Source of the DNA: Mobula hypostoma
Lineage: Eukaryota
Length of the DNA stretch: 64,000 bases
Assembly (NCBI RefSeq): GCF_963921235.1
Contig: NC_086108.1
Location: 114,454,001 to 114,518,000 of the forward strand
Direction of reading: 5' to 3'
Below are positions 1-11,339 of the stretch, one piece after another (within the stretch, counting starts at the first letter, position 1; each line of letters opens with the position of its first letter). The translations under genes were made by a program, and so were the position numbers. The notes beneath the pieces are model-generated. The model was not told where the DNA came from and searched no databases. It saw only the letters and a program-made list of their open reading frames with translations.

Positions 1-559
1 GGGTGGTGGGATTTGGGAGTGGTTGATCAAGTTGCTTTGCTTTGCTTTCTTAGTTTTATGGCCACCTGGAGAACTGAATTTAGGCTCTGTATACTTTGAT
101 AACAAAATGAAACTTTGAACCCATTGACATGCGCCTGGACCATAACCCTCCATAAACCAATCCAAATTTCTCTGAGATGTTGAAGTCAAGCCCATATCCA
201 CTATAGTAGTCACTAAGTGGTCTGTGGGCTTCATACAAATTCCAACTTAGTACAAGTCCTAAAGTTCCACCAGAGGTCAGGGCACCCCTTCCACCTCACC
301 TGAGAACAGGGCTTGTTCACACCCAGAGCGGCACGACAGAGGAAACCAGAGGCCAGGTAGTTAAACAATGGGACCCCAGCCAGACCGCACTATCCAACAA
401 AGCAGCTGCAAATGGTACCTGAAATAATCCAGTTTGCAAAATATCTCTTGATCCTTGATGTAGCAACTGATGTGTCTGCCCAGGGAAGTTCTACACACAC
501 TGCAAGCCAGACATCGGACATGCCAACACAGCTCATTCACCTGTGGGAGGAAGGCAAGG

Positions 560-812
560 TCTTAGTCAGTAGTGTATGGAGTAACCAGGCTCCACTATGG
601 ACCGTCCCAAGCTTGAGTGCAAAAGGAGGGTTGGGCAAGGGGCCAGCAACCCCATCCTGTAAAAGTCCAGAAACATCAGCAGAAACTGCAGAGACCTCGT
701 TCCTGGGAGAGGAACAATCTGTGGTGGGGGCAGGTTGACAGACTGACCCAGAACAGAGGACTTTGGTGAGCTGCTTTCGGCAGGCTATATCCCTGTAGGG
801 GAGATGGGCTCA
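560..812 (+). mobile_element. RTE-derived short non-autonomous element
   Basis: RTE 5'UTR-like motif gagggttgggcaaggggccagcaaccccatcctgtaaaa joined to an RTE 3'-end-like motif. Relatives at 15680-15890 and 63805-63878. Confidence 0.55.
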
Positions 813-964
813 GGTGCAAAGATGCCACCTGGATTATCCATTAGCTTCACCACAGTAACCTTTCGTGGACAGGATCAGAGGGAAGGATACACAGGAAAAC
901 TAATCAGAACTTGGAGATCCATGGAAACCAGTAAACAAACAGGAATTGAAAAAATTAAATACCT

Positions 965-1550
965 GGGTGGTACAGCTGTAGCCTCAGATCCAGGGACCCC
1001 AAGTTCAAACTCCACTGCTGTCCGTGTAGAGTTTGCACGGTCTCCCCGTGACCACTGCTGTCCGTGTAGAGTTTGCACGGTCTCCCCGTGACCACTGCTG
1101 TCCGTGTAGAGTTTGCACGGTCTCCCCGTGACCACTGCTGTCCGTGTAGAGTTTGCACGGTCTCCCCGTGACCACTGCTGTCCGTGTAGAGTTTGCACGG
1201 TCTCCCCGTGACCACTGCTGTCCGTGTAGAGTTTGCACGGTCTCCCCGTGACCACTGCTGTCCGTGTAGAGTTTGCACGGTCTCCCCGTGACCACTGCTG
1301 TCCGTGTAGAGTTTGCACAGTCTCCCCATGGCCATGTGGGTTCCCCTCGGGCACTTTGGTTCCCTCCCACATCCAGAGACGCAAGGGTCAGTGGGTCGAT
1401 TGGCTGCTGTAAGCTGTGTGGGCGAGGGGTGGAATCTGGGGGGATTTGATGGGAGTGCAGGGGGAAATGAGGTGGGATCAGTGTAGGATTGGGGTCAATG
1501 GGTGGCTGGTGTTCAGCACAGACTCAATGGGCCCGAGGACCTGCTCCTGT
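965..1550 (+). mobile_element. tRNA-derived V-SINE (HE1-like) with internal tandem amplification
   Basis: B-box-like gttcaaactcc, V-domain gtttgcacg..ctccccgtga..gtgggttcccctcgggcactttggttccctcccaca, and CR1-like tail. Confidence 0.7.
1012..1331 (+). repeat. 40-bp minisatellite x8 (CCACTGCTGTCCGTGTAGAGTTTGCACGGTCTCCCCGTGA)
   Basis: Units start at 1012, 1052, ... 1292; the first seven are identical. Confidence 0.97.
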
Positions 1551-1672
1551 GCAAGCAGAAAGCACCTTCACATGAACCACCCAACACTCGGACTAGAACC
1601 CTTGCCTTGTGGAATACCAACAGCAATGTTCTGGGTCGAATCCCAATATAAAACTGGTCCACTCAGACAAGA

Positions 1673-2557
1673 CCACAAGACACAGAAGCAGAGTTAGACC
1701 ATTCAGCGCATTGGATCCACTCCAGCAATCCATCATGGTTGATTTATTACTTCTCTCAACCCCATTCTCCTGCCTTCTCCCCATGATCTTTGATGCCCTG
1801 ACTAATCAAGAACCTATCAACCTCCACATTAGATATACCCAATGACTTGTCCTCCACAGCTGTCCATGACAAAGAATTCCACAGATCCATTACCCTCTGG
1901 CGAAAGAAATTCCTCATCTCTGTTCTAAATGGACGTCCTTCTATTCCGAGGCTGGGCCCACTGGTCATAGATTCCTCCGCTGTAGAAAACATCCCATCTA
2001 CAACCACACTGTCTAGGCCTTTCAATGTTTCAGTGAGAACCCGCACTGCCCCCCCCATACTCTAGTGAGTACAGAGTCAACAAATGTTCCTTATACACTA
2101 ACCCTTTCATTTCTGGAATCATCTTCATAAACCTCCTCTGGCCCCTCTACAATGCCAGCACATTCTTTATTAGATAAGAGATCCAAAACTTCTCACGATA
2201 CTCCAGGTGTGGTCTGACCAAAGCCTTATAAAGCCTCAGCAGAACATTAACAAGAGAAAGTCTGCAAATGCTGGAAATCCAAACAACATACACAGAAAAT
2301 GCTGGAGGAACTCAGCAGGCCAGGCAACATTCATGGAAAAGAGTACAGTCAATGTTTTGGGTTGAGACCCTTCATCAGGATCCTGAGGAGGGTCTTGGCC
2401 CAAAATGACAACTGTACTCTTTTCCACAGATGCTGCCTGGCCTGCTGAGGTCCTCTAACATTTTGTGTTGTCAGCACAACATTGTTTTTATATTCTAGTC
2501 CTCTCGAAATGAATGCTAACATTGCATTTGCCTTCCTTACCACTGACTCAACCAGCA
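1673..2557 (-). mobile_element. CR1 LINE 3' fragment, interrupted at 2249-2470
   Basis: Minus-strand translations RPFRTEMRNFFRQRVMDLWNSL and ANAMLAFISRGLEYK (CR1 ORF2 C-terminus). Confidence 0.9.
2249..2470. mobile_element. Fold-back Penelope-derived short element with two degenerate hammerhead cores
   Basis: Inverted arms centred on caggatcctg (about 2380); flanked by a 13-bp near-TSD tcagca(g/c)aacatt at 2236-2248 and 2471-2483. Confidence 0.75.
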
Positions 2558-2984
2558 ATGTGGAAATTGGTAAATACAATCTGGAGAGCGAAGAAATTAT
2601 TTGGAGCCCAGGGAATGTCAGATAAACATTGGTTCCCTCCCACATTGGAGGTGTGCAGGCCAGCGGGTTGATTGGTTATTGTAAATTGTCCCCAGTGTGT
2701 GGGTGAGGGGTGGAATCTGGTGGGAGCCGATGGAAATATTGGGTGGGGGGGGCAGGGAAGAAGGTGATTGGTACAAATGGATCAAACACCAGAGATTCTG
2801 CAGATGCTGGAAATCCAGAGCAAAAAACACACACACACACACAATACAGGAGGAGCTCAGCAGGTCAGGAAGCATCCACATAGGGGAATAAACATGTGAT
2901 GTTTCAGGCCATTAGTTGTAAATGGATCAATTTGTTTGCTACTGGAGGAAGTCAGCAAGTCAGAGCGTGTGTGCGTGCACGGCA

Positions 2985-3620
2985 TGAGGGGTGGGTGTTG
3001 GAACTGGGACCCTGCATCAGTGAGGGGTGGGTGTTGGAACTGGGACCCTGCATCAGTGAGGGGTGGGTGTTGGAACTGGGACCCTGCATCAGTGAGGGGT
3101 GGGTGTTGGAACTGGGACCCTGCATCAGTGAGGGGTGGGGGAGGAACTGGGACCCTGCATCAGTGAGGGGTGGGTGTTGGAACTGGGACCCTGCATCAGT
3201 GAGGGGTGGGGGAGGAACTGGGACCCTGCATCAGTGAGGGGTGGGGGAGGAACTGGGACCCTGCATCAGTGAGGGGTGGGTGTTGGAACTGGGACCCTGC
3301 ATCAGTGAGGAATGGGGGAGGAACTGGTCAACAGTGGCAACCAGAAGTCTGGATGGTGAGGGGTGTCTGAGGAATTGATTGATGTTGAAAATAGGACCCA
3401 GTATCAGTAAGGAGATGGAGAGGAATTGGACAACAGTTGGGGCCAGGATCACATAACAGTGAGGGGTGGGGGAGGAACTGGCCAATGTTTGAACCAGAAC
3501 CTAGTGTTCCTAGTGTTGGTGGTGATGGTGGGGGGTGGGGCAGGGGTGGAAGAGGAGAAGGTATTTGTCAACATTGGAACCAGGGCCATACATCAGTGAG
3601 GGGAGGGGGACGAATTGGTC
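2985..3620 (+). repeat. 36/37-bp G-rich minisatellite (TGAGGGGTGGGTGTTGGAACTGGGACCCTGCATCAG), about 9 good copies to 3310, then degenerate
   Basis: Direct reading; 12-aa periodicity in the ORF track. Confidence 0.93.
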
Positions 3621-3621
3621 C

Positions 3622-6600
3622 ACAAGACATAGGAATAGAATTAGGCCATTCAGCCCATTGAGTCTGCTCCACTATTCTTACATGGCTGATCCCAGATTCC
3701 ACTCAACCCCATACATATCCTTTGATGCCCTGACCAGACCGAGTGACGACCAACTTCCACCTTAAATATACTCAAACTTTACCTCTGCCACAGTCTGTGG
3801 CAGAGCATTCCACAGATTTACCACACTCTGGCTTAAAATTTCTCCTTACCCCTGTACTAAAAGGTCGCCCATCAATTTTGAGATTCTGCCCTCTAGTTCT
3901 GAATACCCCACCATAGGAAACATCCTCTCCACATCCACCCTGTGTAGTCTTTTCAACATTCAATGTGTTTCAATGAGGTCCCTCCACATTCTTTTAAATT
4001 CCAGTGAGTACAGCCCAAAGCTGCCAAATACTCCTCATATTTTAACCTCTTCATTCCCAGAATCATCCCTGTGAACCTCCTCCGGACTCTCTCCAATGAC
4101 AACATACCCTTTCTGAGATATGGGGCCCAAAACTGTTGGCAATACTCCAAGTACAGTCTGACTGGTGTCTTAAGCCGCCTCAGCATTATCTCCTTGTTTC
4201 TATATTCTATTCCCCTTGAAATAAACGCCAATATTGCATTGCCTTCTTTACCACAGTCTCAACCTGTAAATTAACCTTCTGGGAGCTTCGCACAAGGAAT
4301 CTCAAGTCCCTTTGCATCTCTGATTTTAGAAATTTCTCCCCATTTAGATAATAGTCTGCACTATTGTTCCTTTCACCAAAATGCATCATACATTTCCAAA
4401 CACTGTATTCCATCTGCAACATTTTTTGCCCATTCTTCCAATTTGTCCAAGTTCTGCTGCAATCGCATTGCTACCCCTTCACCTATCTTCAATAGGCTAG
4501 TCCTGGACTTATTTCCTGGCATAATTTACATATTACTGTTTAATTATTTATGGTTAAGAATATTTATACTCTATCCTTGGTTGGGGCAACTGTAATGAAA
4601 ATCGATTTCCCTCGGGATCAATAAAGTATGACTATGACCATCTTCGTATCATCCACAATCTTTGCCACAAAGCCATCAATTCCATTATCCAAATCATTGA
4701 CAAACCATGTGAAAAGTAGCGGTCACAATACTCATCCCCAGGAACACCACTGGTCACTGGCAGACAACCAGAAAAGATCCTTTTTAATCCTACTCGCTCC
4801 CTCCTGTCTGTCAGCCATTCCTCTATCCATGCCAGTACTTTTCCTGTAGCACCATATGATTTTATCTTGTTAAGCAGCCTCATGTGTGGCACCTTATCAT
4901 ATGCCTTCTGAAAACCCAAATAAATGACATCCACTGCCTCTCCTTTATCCACCATGTTTGTTACTTCCTTGGAGAACTCAGATTTGTCAGGCAAGATTTC
5001 CCTTTACCGACATCATGCTAACTTTAACTTATTTTATTATTAGTCTCCAAGTACCTCAACATTTCATCTTTAATTAGACTCCAACACTTTCCCAACCACT
5101 GAGGTTAGGCTAACCGGCCTACAATTTCCTTTTTTTTGGCCTTCCTTCTTAAAGAGTGGAATGATATTTGCAATCTTCCAGTCCTCTGGGACCATGCCAG
5201 AATCAAATAATTCTGGCAAGATCATGACCAACACATCTGTTATTTGTTCAGCAACCTCTCCCAGGACTCTGGGGTGTAGTCCATCAGGTCCAGGTGACTT
5301 TTCCACCTTAAGACCTTTGAATTTGCCGTGCACTTTTTCCTTTGTAATAGCAATGGCACTCACTCCTGCTCCCTGACACTCATGAACCGCTGGCGCACTG
5401 CTGGTGTATTCCACAGTGAAGACAGATGCACAGTACCCATTCAGTTCATCTGCCATTTCTTTGTCCCTCATTACTACCTCACCAGCATCATTTTCTATGG
5501 TTCAATATTAACTGTCACCTCCCTTTTATTCATTATATAATTAAAAAAGTATCCTGCTTTATCTTATTGGCTAGATTGTCATCTATTCCTTCTCCTTCTT
5601 GTAGCTTTTTTAATTGCCTTTTGTTGGAATTTAAACGCTTCCCACTCACTTTTGCTACCTTATATACTCTTTCCTTGCTTTTATGCAGTCCTTAACTTCT
5701 TGTCAGCCACAGTTGCCTACGTCCACCATCTGAGAACTTCTTCCTCTGTGGGACTTATCTATCCTGTGCCTTATGGACTATTCCCAGAAACTTCAGCCAT
5801 CTCTGCTCTACCGTCATACTTGCCAATATCCTTATCCAATCCACCTGGGGAAGCTCCTCTCTCATGCCTCTGTAATTCCCTTCATTCCATTGCAATACTG
5901 ATATATGTAACTTGTGCTACTCCCCCTCAAATTGCAGTCTGTATTCAATCATGTTACGATCACTGCCTCCTAAGAGCTCCTTTACATTAAACTTCCCAAT
6001 ATGATCTGGGTTATTACACAACACCCAATCTAAGATAGCATTTCCCCTAGTAGGCTCAAGCACAAGCTGCTCTAAAAAGCCATCAAATTCAATAGGCATT
6101 CAACAAATTCCCTCTCCTGATCCAACCACCAACCTGATTTTCCCAATCCCCTTGCATATTGAAGTCCTCCATTACAATTATGACATTACACTTATTACAT
6201 GTCTTTTCCAGCTCACTTTGCAATCTCAACCCCACACCTTGGCTACTATTTGCGGGCCATGATTTCCATAATTTTTTTTTTAAACCCTTGCAGTTTCCTA
6301 ACTCTACCCACAAAGATTTGATATTCGCTGACCCTATGCCACCTTTCTAAAGGTGTAACTCCATCTCTTACCAACAGAGCCACACCACTCCCTGTGCCTT
6401 TCTGCCTGTCCTTCTGATACAAAGTATATCCTTTGATGATAAGCTCCCAACTGTGACCTTCTTTCAGCCACCACTCAGTGATGCCCACAACGTGATACTG
6501 ACCAATCTCTAATTGCACCATGAGTTCATCCATTTTATTCCAAATGCTACACGGATTTAAATACAGCACCTTCAGTCCTGCATTCTTTTCCCTTTTGAAT

Positions 6601-6850
6601 GTTGCATGTGTAAAATTTAACTCTTTGCTGTCTTTATTTGTACCCAGTGACTGGCTTGTCCTTCCTTACATTCTTGTTACTCCCGTCATCTACTTGTAAA
6701 CCTGTTGGCCCATGCTCAGCTCTATCATACTGGTTCCCACACTCCTGCCATATTAGTTTAAACCACTCCCAACCTCTCTTGTAAACCTGCGTACAAGAAT
6801 ATTGGTCGTCCTTGGACACAAGTGCAACCCATCCCTTTAGCACAGGTCAA
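3622..6850 (-). mobile_element. Degraded long CR1 LINE (APE endonuclease + RT remnants)
   Basis: Broken ORFs LYLNPCSIWNKMDEL..VVGITEWWL (APE), KSPGPDGLHPRVL, DVIYLGFQKAYDKVPH (RT), and a CR1 3' tail. Confidence 0.93.
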
Positions 6851-7084
6851 AGGTTGGAACTGGGTCCGTGTCAGGATGACTTTCAGTGACAGTGGTTCAG
6901 CAGGTCATCGGGGTCGGCATTGTTCCGGATCTCAAATCTCCCATGTATTGGCATCTCACTGCCTTCTGACTCTCTGATCTGACTGTATGGAGTCAGGGCA
7001 TATCAGTCAACATTCAGAAACACCAGTCTCCCAATATCAAACTCAATGCTATTATTGGGCAATTTAAACCCCCGATAGAGGCAA

Positions 7085-7530
7085 AACCCTCCCCATTATT
7101 GAGCACACATGCACAGAGTACTGTAGCAGGAAAGCAGCATTATCAAGGACCCCCACCACCTGGACCGTGCTCTCTTCTTGCTGCTGCTGCCATCAGGAAG
7201 GAGGGGTTCAGGTGCCTCAGAACCCACACCACCAGGTCAAGTTCAGTTATTACCCTTCAACCAAAGGAGATAATTCCACTCACCCCAACATGGAACTGTT
7301 CCCACAACTTATGGACTCACTTTTAAGAATCTTCATCTCGTGTCCTCAATATTTATTGCTTATATTGTTCTTTCATTTTGTATTTGCACAGTTCGTTGTT
7401 TTTCCTAAGTTGTTTATTTGCTTGTTTTTTTTTGCATATGGCCTTCCATTGATTGTATTTACTGTGAATGCCCGCAAGAAAATGAATCTTGCAGGTTTTA
7501 TATGGTGATAAATCTATTACGATTTCTTTT
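7085..7530 (+). mobile_element. Rex1/Babar-like LINE 3' end
   Basis: Similar to the 3' ends at 28420-28950 and 53800-54315 (aaagcagcat..atcaaggacccccaccacc...gcccgcaagaaaatgaatct). Confidence 0.75.
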
Positions 7531-7806
7531 GAACACGGTCTTGGTTCCGATCCTTCTCCCCCTTCCTCTCACACCCCACAACTGATTCTCCACCCGCTGT
7601 TTCCCCTCCCTCAAATTCCTGAACGGTCCGTGAACATTACCCTATTTTGCGATTTGTACTACTGCTGCAGCAATACAACAAACTTCAACTTCTAATAAAC
7701 CTGACTCTGTCCAAGTTTCGCCAGTAAAGTTAGTGCGCCGCCTGGTTTATCCGCTAATCTCAGGCTCAAACCTGAAAGTAAGTTTGGAGCCCCGGCCCGG
7801 TCTCAC

Positions 7807-7950
7807 CTTCAGTAAGTAGCGGTCCAGGATCTCCAGTCCGCAGCTGCTGCAGACGTTCCGGCCGGCTCGGGGGGCGGCAGCCGGCTGCGGAGACGGGGAA
7901 GCCGAGGCGGGCGAGCCATGATCATCCTGGGCCACTTGGTCAGAACCAGT
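7807..7950 (-). CDS. LHX6: LHX6 coding exon 3, start of LIM1 zinc finger ([10 protein letters not shown]...[20 protein letters not shown])
   Basis: Acceptor ctcttgctctctccag| and donor AAG|GTGAGA; 144 nt, phase 0. [15 protein letters not shown] matches LHX6 (mammalian [20 protein letters not shown]) better than LHX8 (EIVDKYLLK). Confidence 0.93.
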
Positions 7951-8199
7951 CTGGAGAGAGCAAGAGCGAGAGGGGGTGAGGGAGAGGGAGAGTTAGCACG
8001 CGTATTCAAACTTCAGGTTAGTTTTATTTACGAGGACGTCGAAAGGTACAGTGAAATGCGCTGTTGGCGTTAACGACCCGCACAGTCGAAGGAAGCGCTG
8101 AGCGCAGCCCTCAAGCGTGACTGTGCTTTCGGTCCCAATACAGCACGCCCACAACTTAATACCACTATCCCATATATCTTTGGAATGTGGGGGGGGGGG

Positions 8200-8390
8200 C
8201 ATAAACAAGAGATTCTGAAGATGCTTGAAATCCAGAGCAATACACACAAGACGCAAACTAGGCAACTTCAATAGAGCGGAGTAAACGGTCAGCGTTTTGG
8301 GCCGAGACCCTCGTCCAAAGATGCCGACAGTTTATTCTCCTCCACAGACGCTGCCTAACCTGCAGAATTCCTCTGACACTGTGCGTGTTA
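8200..8390. mobile_element. Degenerate fold-back Penelope-derived element in LHX6 intron 2
   Basis: aaacaagagattctgaagatgcttgaaatccagagcaatacacac head with an inverted arm cagacgctgcctaacctgc. Confidence 0.65.
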
Positions 8391-8464
8391 CTCCGGAGGG
8401 ACGCCACACGGTTACGGGGGAAACTTCTTGCGGACAGCGGCAGGAATTGAGACCGCATTCCGCC

Positions 8465-9948
8465 TGACAGGAGGGAAGGGGAGAGTAGGAAGCGAGTGGG
8501 ATTGGGTACCGACGGGAGGGAAGGGGAGAGTAGGAAGCGAGTGGGATTGGGTACCGACGGGAGGGAAGGGGAGAGTAGGAAGCGAGTGGGATTGGGTACC
8601 GACGGGAGGGAAGGGGAGAGTAGGAAGCGAGTGGGATTGTGTACCGACGGGAGGGAAGGGGAGAGTAGGAAGCGAGTGGGATTGTGTACCGACAGGAGGG
8701 AAGGGGAGAGTAGGAAGCGAGTGGGATTGGGTACCGACGGGAGGGAAGGGGAGGGTAGAAAGCGAGTGGGATTGGGTACCGACAGGAGGGAAGGGGAGGG
8801 TAGAAAGCGAGTGGGATTGGGTACCGACGGGAGGGAAGGGGAGAGTAGGAAGCGAGTGGGATTGGGTACCGACAGGAGGGAAGGGGAGAGTAGGAAGCGA
8901 GTGGGATTGGGTACCGACAGGAGGGAAGGGGAGAGTAGGAAGCGAGTGGGATTGTGTACCGACGGGAGGGAAGGGGAGAGTAGGAAGCGAGTGGGATTGT
9001 GTACCGACGGGAGGGAAGGGGAGAGTAGGAAGCGAGTGGGATTGTGTACCGACGGGAGGGAAGGGGAGAGTAGGAAGCGAGTGGGATTGGGTACCGACGG
9101 GAGGGAAGGGGAGAGTAGGAAGCGAGTGGGATTGGGTACCGACAGCAGAGAATAGAGAGTAGGAAGCGAGTGGGATTGGGAACCGACAGGAGGGAAGGGG
9201 AGAGTAGGAAGCGAGTGGGATTGGGTACCGACAGCAGAGAATAGAGAGTAGGAAGCGAGTGGGATTGGGAACCGACAGGAGGGAAGGGGAGAGTAGGAAG
9301 CGAGTGGGATTGGGTACCGACAGGAGGGAAGGGGAGGGTAGAAAGCGAGTGGGATTGGGTACCGACAGGAGGGAAGGGGAGAGTAGGAAGCGAGTGGGAT
9401 TGGGTACCGACGGGAGGGAAGGGGAGAGTAGGAAGCGAGTGGGATTGTGTACCGACGGGAGGGAAGGGGAGAGTAGGAAGCGAGTGGGATTGGGTACCGA
9501 CGGGAGGGAAGGGGAGAGTAGGAAGCGAGTGGGATTGGGTACCGACGGGAGGGAAGGGGAGAGTAGGAAGCGAGTGGGATTGGGTACCGACAGGAGGGAA
9601 GGGGAGAGTAGGAAGCGAGTGGGATTGGGTACCGACAGCAGAGAATAGAGAGTAGGAAGCGAGTGGGATTGGGTACCGACAGGAGGGAAGGGGAGGGTAG
9701 AAAGTCAGTGAGATTGGGTACCGACAGGAGGGAAGGGGAGGGTAGAAAGCGAGTGGGATTGGGTACCGACAGGAGGGAAGGGGAGGGTAGAAAGCGAGTG
9801 GGATTGGGTACCGACAGCAGGAAAGGGGAGAGTAGGAAATGAGTGGGATTGGGTACCGACAGGAGGGAAGGGTAGAGTAGGAAGCGAGTGGGATTAGGTA
9901 CCGACAGGAGGGAAGGGGAGGGTAGAAAGCGAGTGGGATTGGGTACCG
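8465..9948 (+). repeat. 45-bp purine-rich minisatellite, about 33 copies, in LHX6 intron 2
   Basis: Unit GACGGGAGGGAAGGGGAGAGTAGGAAGCGAGTGGGATTGGGTACC with recurring variants; 15-aa periodicity in the ORF track. Confidence 0.97.
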
Positions 9949-9985
9949 AGCTGCAAGCGCTCCCAGGGTTCCGACCTCCTCTTAC

Positions 9986-10021
9986 GAAGACAGCTTCAGA
10001 CGGAGCCGACATCGCTTTCAA
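9986..10021 (-). CDS. LHX6: LHX6 putative 36-nt coding exon 2 (LKAMSAPSEAVF)
   Basis: Acceptor ttttctctcttgcag| and donor TTC|GTAAGA. Phase 0 at both ends, so it joins exons 1 and 3 in frame, and it has an internal Met. No strong protein homology, so the call rests on splice signals. Confidence 0.62.
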
Positions 10022-10189
10022 CTGCAAGAGAGAAAAATGTGGGGTAAACGTTTATAATGCCTGCCGCCCGCATCGGTTTCCCCATACCACCCCCTGCTCC
10101 CCCTGTAGACCAGCTGTCCACCCACCGAAAGACTGGAAATCACATAGCCCGGGTTGGGACTACCAAGAGGCAGCCCACTCCCCAGAGCG

Positions 10190-10540
10190 GGCACTTAGCG
10201 CTGATTGTGATGTGACGATTCTCTGCGACCCGCGGCCAGGTGAAGCCTTTATAGCCGCTGGTTAACGTCAGTATAAGCGAGTCCAGTCCTTGAGGGGGAG
10301 GGGTGCGGAGCCTGCTTTCTCTTCCCCAGTAATTAACGTTTTTTTTTCCATCTTTGGAGAGACAACGCCGAGCGAGTGAATTTAATATCGGACACTTGAC
10401 AGGTAATTGCTGCGAGTGCGCTCCGGTTCGTTCATTGGAGAGCAGCCGCTCACAATAATCACCCGCGCAGGTGATTCGCGTTAACTGGCCAAAGATTAAA
10501 ACTCTCCCTAAATTAACCCTTCAGAAGGAAATTACTCTAC
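10190..10540. promoter_or_regulatory. Candidate intron-1 enhancer / internal promoter of LHX6
   Basis: Unique CpG-rich sequence with CACTTGACAGGTAATTG (10393-10409), a minus-strand TATAAAG (10247-10253) and a minus-strand CCAAT (about 10434). Confidence 0.45.
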
Positions 10541-10577
10541 AGGGTTATTTAGAAAAAGACTTGAACTAGAGTTGTCT

Positions 10578-10766
10578 AAACACAAGAGATGTTGCAAGTC
10601 CTGAGCAATACACAAGCTGTAGAAGCAGCTCAACAGGTCAGGCAGCAGCTTTGGAATAAACGGATGTTTTGGGCCGACACTCTTCATTAGGACTTTCGGG
10701 ACGGATTATTCATTTCCATCGATGCTGCCTGACCTGTTCAGTTCCTCCAAACTTTTGTGCGTTGCA
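10578..10766. mobile_element. Degenerate fold-back Penelope-derived element in LHX6 intron 1
   Basis: Same head and inverted arm (caggtcaggcagca / tgctgcctgacctg) as the other copies. Confidence 0.65.
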
Positions 10767-11255
10767 TGCTTACACCGGACCCATCAACCTCGCGTCGCTC
10801 ACCGCCATTAAATGTGAAAATGTTTTGGCTTCTGTTGTTTTCCTAAATATGGAAAGCGCCGTTCACTGGAGGTGCCAAGCGAATTGATATTGGCCGACTA
10901 TTGAGCCAGCCCCCAGGTGAATTCGGTGGAACAAACACCGTCGGGGGCTCCCAGCCCCCTCCGGTTATGGGCCTTCGGTGCATCTACCGGGATAATTCAG
11001 GATAGTTTGATATCATTTCTAGTACACAAGTGTAAAGGCGGACGAAATAAGTGTTCCTCTGGATCCGATGCAGCGCAAAAAGGAAAAGAACACGTTCACA
11101 ATAAATAATTCCGTAAGACAGCGAGGTTTGATGCGTTAACGGGGTCATGGAGTCCACAAGACAAAGGAGGAGAGGATCCTGCCCCCACCCCCACGGAACA
11201 GTTACTGCTGCCTTGAGTTGGCCGCCAGTTTCCTCTTTCAGAAGGACCTGCTTAC

Positions 11256-11339
11256 CCCTCGCAAGCACGCACTGCCTGTCCGCCTGTCGCCGGCTTCCGC
11301 GCAGCACATCAGCGGCTCTGCGCTGCTCTTCCAGTACAT
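11256..11339 (-). CDS. LHX6: LIM homeobox protein LHX6, coding exon 1 (MYWKSSAEPLMCCAEAGDRRTGSACLRG)
   Basis: ATG at 11339-11337 gives MYWK, the N-terminus shared by vertebrate LHX6/LHX8 long isoforms. 84 nt, ending at a GGG|GTAAGC donor (phase 0), in a CpG-rich context. Confidence 0.85.

Noticed and set aside
875..1384. Repetitive ORFs and a CRISPR-like look of the 40-bp array
   Set aside because: Head-to-tail repeats with no spacers, derived from a SINE, in a eukaryotic context with no cas genes.
2896..3485. ORFs with EGWVLELGPCIS / WNWDPASVRGG repeats
   Set aside because: Translation of a 36-bp minisatellite.
1..7800. Further LHX6 exons (VNNLIWHVRCLEC...)
   Set aside because: Not found by eye or in the ORF track; presumably left of the window.
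7807..7950. LHX8 assignment
   Set aside because: [14 protein letters not shown] fits LHX6 better than LHX8 (GKCVC..EIVDKYLLK); downstream exons are needed for certainty.
8258..10027. 589-aa minus-strand ORF and the overlapping plus-strand ORFs
   Set aside because: They are read-through of a 45-bp stop-poor minisatellite; only the 36 nt at 9986-10021 are a plausible exon.
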